A stretch of 7,212 nt of DNA from positions 1 through 7,212 of the forward strand of contig BAAFSQ010000413.1 of the NCBI GenBank assembly GCA_054661495.1, given 5' to 3'. The stretch's first letter is position 1; every line of letters begins with the position of its first letter. Source of the stretch: Zygophlyctis sp. KS116. Lineage: Eukaryota; Fungi; Chytridiomycota. This document shows, piece after piece, positions 1-6,749 of the stretch. Under the pieces are notes generated by a model that saw nothing but the letters and a program-made list of their open reading frames with translations, had not been told where the DNA came from and ran no database searches. The position numbers and the translations under genes are program-made.

Positions 1-89
1 GAAAGGGTGATATTAATATCGCTGAAGGAACAGTAATTGAATGAGTGATACTCAGCATTTTCTTAGTACTTGAGAGCAACCTTATCAAT

Positions 90-900
90 AAGGATGAAGT
101 GGAATTGAAATCTTGGATTTAAAAAAAGTTGGCAAAAGGCCTGATAAGACCATCTAAATCTCCTGCTGCAGCTCCTATTTTCTTTGTCCCAAAGAAAGAC
201 GGTGGTCTAAGGCCCTGTATAGACTATAGACAGTTGAACTTGAACACTGTGAAGGATCAATTTCCCCTTCCTCTGATCTGAGATGTGCTGAATAAGTTTA
301 AAGATGCTAAGATATTTACTAAACTAGATTTAAAAGGCGCTTATAATTTAGTCAGAGTTAAGGAAAATGATGAATGGAAGATGGCATTTAGATGTAAATT
401 TGGTCATTATGAACCTTTGGTTGTGCAATTTGGGCTTACGAATGCTCCAGCGGTTTTCCAAAGATTCGTTAACCATATTTTTCAAGATCTCATTGATTGT
501 TAGGTCTATAGTACCAATATTTCAGATCATAGAATCATGTTAAAGAAGTTTTGAAGCGTATTCTAGCTAATAATTTGGTCTTAAAGTCAGAAAAATGCAT
601 TTTTCATGCGAAGGAAGTTACATTTTTAGGATTTGTGATTTCTGATACAGGTATTAAGATGAAAAAAGAAAATAATGAAGTTATTCTACGTGTTGAACCT
701 CCTAGCTCTGTGAAACAAGTCACATGTTTCCTTGGGATGATTAATTTTTATAGAAAATTCATTTCTAAATTTTCTGAAATCGCCACCCCTCTTACTCGAT
801 TGACGAAGAAGGATGTTGATTTTCGATGGACTGAAAATTGTCAAAAAGCTTTTGATACTTTAAAGGATAAGATAAATCAGGATGTTATTCTTAGACATCC
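90..900 (+). pseudogene. pol: Gypsy reverse transcriptase and connection domain (pseudogenised)
   Basis: Translated motifs [104 protein letters not shown]. Stops at 120-122, 279-281 and 501-503. The YxDD motif expected at ~500 is missing (DLIDC*VYS). Confidence 0.93.
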
Positions 901-1262
901 TGATCATCTGCCAAGTTTAATGTAGCCCTCGGTGGAATTTTAGCTCAAGCTGATTCAAGCGGAATGATTAGACCTGTTGAATTTTATTCGAGGAAGTTTA
1001 TCGACGCTGAACTCAATTATGCTGTTTATGACAAGGAGCTTTTGGCGATAGTCGATTGTCTAAAACAGTGGAGACATCGTTTGATTCATTCAGAACATCA
1101 GATATCGGTTCTATCTGATCATAATAATCTTCGATTTTTTTCTTCTGCTAATCTTATGAAACCCCGCCATGCAAGATAGTCAGAATTCCTCTCACAATTT
1201 AATTTCAAGATTGAACATATAGAAGGAAAATCTAATGTGGTGGCTGATTTTCTTAGTCGCTC
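901..1262 (+). pseudogene. pol: Gypsy RNase H domain (pseudogenised)
   Basis: NVALGGILAQ...RPVEFYSRKF...NYAVYDKELLAIV..L..WRH.L...SDHNNL.FF...HAR*SEFLSQFNFKIEHIEGKSNVVADFLSR. The TDAS motif is absent at ~915. TAG replaces a conserved Trp at 1177-1179. Confidence 0.92.
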
Positions 1263-1730
1263 CTATAATGGGAACCAGATTTCTAATCCATTACAACTTC
1301 TAAAGAAAAGTGCTGATAATTCATTTGTTTTATCCTCAAATCCCTTCATTAATGCTTTGGAGACTCAGAACATTGATAATCATGATTACCCTGAAGCTAT
1401 TGCTAGGTACATCCACTCTGAAGATAATTCTTTGACTTATCTTTTTAAAGCTATTTAAGGGCATATTAAAGACTTTAAAGTCATTGGAAGCAAATTATAT
1501 TTTGTGGAAAGTGGATGGCTTAGATTATATATTCCTCAAAGTCAAAGAATTAATGCTTTGGAAAGATACCATGATCAATTAGGCCATCTAGGATTTTAAG
1601 CTATAATCGAGTTATTTAGAAGAAGAGTCTATTGGCCGAGCCTAGAATCAGATCTAAAGGATCATATAAGATCTTGTACTAAGTGTCAATTATCTAAATC
1701 TAGTTCCCAACCTTTATCTACTGTTCCGAT

Positions 1731-1775
1731 AAAACCAATCCCTCCAGCGTCTGAGACGCTGGAGGGATTGGTTTT
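1731..1775. repeat. Perfect 22-bp inverted repeat with 1-nt spacer (45-bp palindrome) inside integrase
   Basis: AAAACCAATCCCTCCAGCGTCT (1731-1752), G, AGACGCTGGAGGGATTGGTTTT (1754-1775): exact reverse complements. Confidence 0.97.
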
Positions 1776-2680
1776 GAGCGGATTGGTATTGATTTCTTAC
1801 AGAATCTTCCCAAAACTAAGAATGGAAATCGGCATGTTATTACTTGCATAGATTACTGTACAAGATTTGTGTTGGGTAAAGCAGTCACTAAAATGGATTC
1901 AAACAATCTGCTAAAATTTCTTTATGATGATATATTGATCAAGTTTGGATGCCCCTATGAAGTAATTTCAGATCAAGGTTCAGCATTTCTCTCCGAATCA
2001 GTGATAAAATTCTTTGATTTTCATTATATCAAACATCTACCTTCTTCTCCTTATCATCCCCAGACAAACGGGATGGTCGAACGAATGCACCGGGTTCTCA
2101 ATAACTCAATAGCTACCTTGATTAATACTAACACTCATAGATAGGATGAAGTTCTCAATGATTGTGTATTAGCTTTAAATGTTAGAAAACACAGTGTAAC
2201 CGGATTTTCAGCTTTTAGATTACTCTATGGTATTGATCCTCGCCTGCCGCAGGAGTTTTGTGTGCCTCGGCAAGTGACGGCGCCTCTAGATGACGTAGAG
2301 AAAAGAAATCTGATTTTGGACAGAAATGCTCAAGAACTGGACTCTATCGGTCAGAATAGAGCTGCTGCTTATCAGCGTTCTCTAAAACAGGCTTCTAAGT
2401 GGACTGATGGTCAGAAAGAGCATAATTTTAGATTTGAAATTGGACAAATGGTGAAGAGAAAAAGATTCAATGCTCAAAAGTTTGAGAATAATTGGACTGG
2501 AGTATGAATTTCCCTTTACCTATTGGCTTCAAACTCCGGATGGAAGAAGATTAGAATCTACAGTGAATAATCACATCTTGCTCCTTGGATAGAGAGAAAT
2601 TACTCTAATGCAGAAGTTCAAAACACTGATGGTTTATTTGGTAATAATGATACTAATGTCGCTGATTCGTCATCAGCGGT

Positions 2681-2692
2681 AGAGGAGGGGGA
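2681..2692 (+). other. Polypurine tract (plus-strand primer) of the Gypsy element
   Basis: AGAGGAGGGGGA, 3 nt before the TG that starts the LTR. Confidence 0.9.
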
Positions 2693-2695
2693 TAT

Positions 2696-2979
2696 TGTGA
2701 ATTTAAGTTTGTTGGGTCTGGATGAAGGCTAATGCCTAGGAGCCATGTACTAACCTTTTTACTCCCTGTAGCAGGGTTTTTACGGGTGGTACTTAACGTG
2801 GCGTGATTTACCTCTTTTCAGAGGTTTATCTTAAGAAATCTAATCTTTTTATAAATCTCATTGAATTACTCAATTAAATTGAATTTAAATCTATTTTTTA
2901 AGCTTAATTTAATTCATATTGGACGTTGACAAATTGCTATTTTAAATTTAAATAAAAATGCGATTTTCCAATCCTCACA
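2696..2979 (+). repeat. 3' LTR of the Gypsy element (284 bp)
   Basis: Starts TGTGA just after the PPT and ends TCACA (5-bp terminal inverted repeat, TG...CA). Contains TATAAA (2850-2855) and AATAAA (2951-2956). The 5' LTR is not in the window, so the right boundary rests on the terminal IR only. Confidence 0.8.
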
Positions 2980-2985
2980 GCTTAG

Positions 2986-3067
2986 GTCAGTTTGTCCGAG
3001 TGGTTAAGGAGATAGACTAGAAATCTATTGGGCTTCGCCCGCGCAGGTTCAAGTCCTGCAGCTGACG
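2986..3067 (+). tRNA. tRNA-Ser(AGA): tRNA-Ser, anticodon AGA (IGA), intronless, 82 nt, CCA not encoded
   Basis: Acceptor GTCAGTT/AGCTGAC with discriminator G; D arm TCC/GGA; anticodon stem ATAGA/TCTAT with loop CTAGAAA (AGA at 3019-3021); long variable arm GGGC-TTC-GCCC; T arm GCAGG-TTCAAGT-CCTGC; A box 2993-3003 and B box 3046-3056. Confidence 0.97.
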
Positions 3068-3089
3068 AAACCTCTCACTAAGGTATAAA

Positions 3090-3096
3090 TTTTTTT
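3090..3096 (+). terminator. RNA polymerase III terminator (T7 run)
   Basis: TTTTTTT starting 23 nt downstream of the tRNA 3' end. Confidence 0.75.
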
Positions 3097-3109
3097 ATTT
3101 TCTCCGGTC

Positions 3110-3641
3110 TGGTTAAAACACACTTTTTGTCAATCAGTGATTCAGAGCTAATATTTGCTTCTAGACGGATAGAACTTGATTTATCGTGATAGCCAGCATG
3201 GCCTGGAAACAGCTCTCAGTTTGATCATTTTTCGCTCTACTGAAAAGATCAGATCCTGGTTTGTTACCATATCTGATCTGTAATGAAGAGGGTATAACAT
3301 ATGCATCCGACCATTTAAAATTAAATGGTCGAGGGGTGTTCAAATATTTGGTTCCCACTTTAAATAGTGCGCTCAATGACTCAGAAGCATTTTAAATCAC
3401 TTACTGATTATGATTTATTTATGAAGAATAACGTAGCAGTTACAATCATCAATAACATTCATTTGAGCTGTTCAAGAAATTAAATATTGTCAGAATCCAA
3501 AACCTATAATTTCCATATTTGCTGATCTTTGGGAAGAATCAGATCAATCTGTTTGGAATAAGTTACCATTGACTATCCGGGGAAATTTCAATAGGGAAAC
3601 CCTCCTAAAAATGACAGAAAAAATATCGAGAGTAATTTCAT
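3110..3641 (-). pseudogene. Possible decayed secreted trypsin-like (S1) peptidase remnant
   Basis: ATG at 3641 gives signal-peptide-like MKLLSIFFLSFLGG. After a 1-nt shift the frame reads VSLLKFPR|IVNG (RIVNG at 3579-3565). Later fragments in different frames: AHYL (3372-3361), PSSLQIRYG, HAGYHDK...IRLEANI (from 3200). No GDSGGP seen. Confidence 0.25.
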
Positions 3642-4307
3642 GGCTAATACTAATTTTTAGGTTCTCACTATTCTTAAGTGGAAGGGTAAGGGCTAGTTTT
3701 CAGATATAAGAAAATGACTTCCCTGCCTAAAAGCATCACATGAAACCTGTGCTAGGTTGTAGAGAAGCGTTATGTCTGAGCTGAAAGAATATAGCATCGA
3801 TGCATCAGCAGGACCCATCTTTCATCTTCTTTAGCAGCCTGCTTACTTTTCAATGTAGATTCTTTTTTCTAACTAAACCTAGCCGTATTGGTACTTTTGG
3901 TTAAGTACTGCGTCTTGAAGTGCGGCCTCTTCTGCCAATATGACCCAAAGTGCTATTTTCTTTCGTAGTCATTCGAATAGAAGGGCTCGATATTCATAAA
4001 TTGATTTTGATCAAATTCGACTTGTTGCATATCTTCTGTCTGAACTCCTCGATCAACTAATTGTGCAATACGCTCTTTTCCCTATTCTTTCATTTGTTTT
4101 TTGGAGATTCTATGGAACACTCGCGAGCGAATCGCTTCAAAATCTGAGGATATAGCCCCTGTTTTGCGGCTGACTCTATACAAGGGGTATGGTTTCACTT
4201 TGGGCATTGAGCAGCAAAACACTTAAAATCTGATGTGTCAGTTTTTTTTAATCAACTAGGACACATCAGTGTGGCGCATGCCTTTATACTAATGAAAAAG
4301 TCTAAAT

Positions 4308-4769
4308 TTAACTCTCCCCCTGACTTTGGACTCCATATAATCCAAATCCTTTCATCATGGTACGTAGCTTATGACCAGGAACACATTTGGTGAATATATC
4401 GGCCAATTGATTTGCCGTAGGACAATAGATGAATTCAATCACATTTTGATCAACATAATCAATGTGTTTTGTCCTTTTTATGATCCTCTGGATTCTTAGT
4501 AAGAGCAATGCAAGCCTGATTATCTTTATAAAGTTTGATTTTTCCTTGAGATTTTCCAAGAACTTGTGATAACTGCTTTAACCATAAATCTCCATTTGAA
4601 GCAGAGACGGCGGCATAATATTCTGATTCTGCATCCGACTGTGCAATAACAGACTGTTTCTGAGATAACCAAGATACTAAAGAATTTCCAACTAAAAATC
4701 CAAATTCACTTCTAGACTTATATCCACCTTCATTGTCATATGAAGCATCAACATAAACAATCAATTATA
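4308..4769 (-). pseudogene. pol: Copia RNase H domain, frameshifted
   Basis: YVDASY, KSRS, SWLSQKQ, AESEY, DNQACI, H.RTKHID, CPTANQLADIFTK across ORFs 4459-4764 and 4308-4559. Confidence 0.93.
4312..4321 (-). other. Polypurine tract of Copia element A; the 3' LTR probably begins ~4313 with a mutated TG
   Basis: - strand AGGGGGAGAG followed by TTAAA at the end of RNase H. The usual pattern is GGGGGAG-TGTT; here it reads GGGGGAG-AGTT. The far LTR boundary could not be located. Confidence 0.7.
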
Positions 4770-5690
4770 ATCCATTTCTGACTTATAGATCAGTTTTACA
4801 TCAAAGTTATTTGACAAATATTGCAAGGTCTAATATGAGTTGGCTTGGGATTTTCAAGATACTGACTAACAACAGATAATGCACATGCCAAATCAGGTCG
4901 AGTTGCAAGCATAGCATACATAAGACTACCAACAATACTGCGATATGGAAACTTTTCATCTGATATTTCTTCGTTCTCTGCATCTTGTAGTAGTTTCTAA
5001 TAATTATGAGGTAAATGACTTGATTTCCTTTCATTTCCGATATATTCTTTGCATTTCTTCTCTAGACAGACCTTTTGATCCAGAGTAATATTTCCATCAT
5101 CAAGTTGATTGAACGCTATTCCAAGATACCATTCCAATAGGCCACCTTCTGTAATCCCAAATTCTGTTCGAAGATTCTCTCTAAATCTATTAGTATAACG
5201 AGGCTTTCCAACAGTCACTATATCATCGACATAAATTCCTAAATAAATTTTTTCTGAAAATTCCTCATTTGCATTTACTTAGATACATGGATCGGCTTTT
5301 GAAAGATAGTTGTGCAGCACAAGATACTATTCTCGCGGATATTGTTTCAACCCATATAAAGTCTTCTGTAGAAAACATAATTCACTTGAGCTTGAACTTT
5401 CGAATCCCTGCGTCTGAGACATCCAAACTCTCTCCTTTAAGTCCCCTTTAAAAATGCCGTCGGTACATCATCCTGATAAGCTTTTAATTTGAGTTTCGCT
5501 GCTAATGAACCCTAATGCCGCTAAGATGCGAATAGATTTAAACTTTGCTACAGGTGCAATTGTTTCTTTATAGTCTATCCCCTTTCTTTGACTATATGTT
5601 GCTAAAATCCATTTATCTTTCTCTGGCGAAGCCATAGCTTCTGCATAATTCTTGGGCAATCTTGGAAAATAGATACACTGAAGCATCTAA
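4770..5690 (-). pseudogene. pol: Copia reverse transcriptase (RVT_2-type), pseudogenised
   Basis: Motifs as listed for element A, spread across several frames. In-frame deletion between KDKWILA and TYSQRKG removes the KWV and KARLV motifs. Confidence 0.92.
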
Positions 5691-6201
5691 AGAATTCAGG
5701 GTTTTTGACATCAACTATTGGTAAATTGATCATTCTAGATAGGTTCACCAGATCTAATAGAAATGTCAACATTTTCAGATCCTCTGTTTACGACAATGTG
5801 ACCGTTATCGATTGCTTTGTCAACACTATCTGTTAAACCAGTAGTACGAGAATTGGACTACGTTCCTTTTCAAAATAATCACCATCATCAGAATATTCTT
5901 CATTTTCACTATTATAACTTGGTTCTTGATGTTCATCATATGAATATAGTTTCCCATATAAAGATTCATACCACTCGTCATAAGCTTTATTCATTGTTCC
6001 ATTCAATGGCTCCATAATTTCTTCCTCTAAGAAAACAACGACTGGAGAGTACACTATTTTATGATCACATTCTCTTAGAAGCTTAAATCCTTGCCGTTGT
6101 TTTACAAATGATTCAACCCTCTACAACACGACCAGTTATTCTTTCCTTTTCCTTTTCTAATTAGTCTATTAAGAGTGTAATCGTAATAGGAAGGAGGTTC
6201 T

Positions 6202-6420
6202 GTGTTGTCACAGATGTTGTCCTATAGGTACAAGGGTCAGGGCGTAGAAGTCCATTGTGACGAAGTCATTCATCTGATGAATGAGCTTTCTGATAAGGGT
6301 ATGACTCTTGCATCTGAACTATCTGTTTGCATCCTTCTCTACTCGCTGCCCGCGGAACTCTCGAAGTTTGAAAGTTCTATCTCTGGGTAGCACAACTCAA
6401 AATCTTTAGCAGATGTATTG
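6202..6420 (+). pseudogene. gag: Copia gag (UBN2/Retrotran_gag_2-like) fragment
   Basis: Pattern V..H......L...L...G..L......ILL.SLP....F..SI, typical of the Copia gag core; recognised by eye. Confidence 0.7.
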
Positions 6421-6432
6421 GGTACCAATTCA

Positions 6433-6456
6433 TCCGCTGGTAATTCCGCTGGTAAT
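6433..6456 (+). repeat. 12-bp perfect tandem duplication
   Basis: TCCGCTGGTAAT x2 (6433-6444, 6445-6456). Confidence 0.95.
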
Positions 6457-6749
6457 GTAAATCGTCAAAGTGACGCTGCAATTAGTTCTGAAATTGAAGA
6501 TAATTTAGAACTAAGTACTAACGGTAGTACGGATGAATTTGAGGATGCTCAATCATCATTTGCATTCAGTTACCAGAGTTCTGAATTAGATCAAGCAAGT
6601 AGTCAAAGAGACTACCTTGGTAGTAAGTTTGTGATTCAAAGTGTTGACATCTCACCACCAAAGGACATTAACGGTCCACCACAGTATAGTAAGTCAAGAT
6701 CTCACTATCGACCTGTGGATGATGAATCAGTAGAAAGCTTACTATTGAT

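Larger units (their letters stand above)
1480..2732 (+). pseudogene. pol: Gypsy integrase (HHCC zinc finger, D,D35E core, GPY/F-like C-terminal region; no chromodomain), pseudogenised
   Basis: H(1570)DQLGH(1585)...YWP...C(1675)TKC(1684); D at 1791 (ERIGID), D at 1971 (ISDQG), E at 2079 (NGMVER), 35 residues between D2 and E; FEIGQMV...KFENNWTG...TYWLQTPDG...VN..HLAPW. The final frame runs through the PPT into the LTR and stops at TAA 2730-2732. Stops at 1597 and 2142, plus frameshifts. Confidence 0.92.
1..2979 (+). mobile_element. Ty3/Gypsy LTR retrotransposon, degenerate; 5' part (5' LTR, gag, protease) lies upstream of the window
   Basis: Domain order RT-RNaseH-IN (Gypsy order), then PPT (2681-2692) and an LTR with TGTGA...TCACA termini. 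Many in-frame stops, frameshifts and deletions. Confidence 0.95.
4308..6185 (-). mobile_element. Ty1/Copia LTR retrotransposon remnant A (integrase C-terminus, linker, RT, RNase H), 5'-truncated and degenerate
   Basis: On the - strand, in Copia order: YTLNRL...LNHL and GFKLL...IVYSPVVVFLEE (integrase end/SH3-like), PKNYAEAM, QRKGIDYKETIAPVAK, DDVPTAFL, LYGLKQ, ADPCI, YLGIYVDD (5222-5233), YLGI, YRSIVGSLMYAMLATRPDL, YVDAS, VSWLSQKQSVIAQS.AESEY, TKHID, QLADIFTK. Confidence 0.95.

Noticed and set aside
120-2144. Stop-codon reassignment or programmed readthrough/frameshifting explaining interrupted pol
   Set aside because: All three stop types occur, along with frameshifts and loss of catalytic motifs; ordinary pseudogenisation explains this.
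1-2700. Prokaryotic RT system (retron, DGR, group II intron) or endogenous retrovirus with env
   Set aside because: RT-RNaseH-integrase with PPT and LTR is Gypsy architecture, and there is no room for env between the integrase and the PPT.
2980-3067. tRNA-like sequence next to the LTR read as a primer-binding site or SINE head
   Set aside because: A PBS is a short antisense match (TGG...) after the 5' LTR. This is a full sense-strand cloverleaf after the PPT-preceded 3' LTR, without encoded CCA, with perfect stems and its own terminator.
3794-4015. Short palindromes such as GCATCGATGC and TTTGATCAAA
   Set aside because: 10-bp palindromes are expected by chance in 7 kb of AT-rich DNA.
1177-5329. 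RIP-like hypermutation suggested by three TGG>TAG stops (1177, 2142, and 5327-5329 on the - strand)
   Set aside because: TGG>TAG is a common nonsense change, other stops have different origins, and CpA/TpG dinucleotides look plentiful by eye. RIP indices were not computed.
4807-6017. ORFs 4807-5034(-), 5269-5451(+) and 5817-6017(+) as separate genes
   Set aside because: They are off-frame or antisense shadows of Copia A pol; the His-rich + ORF simply mirrors acidic codons on the - strand.
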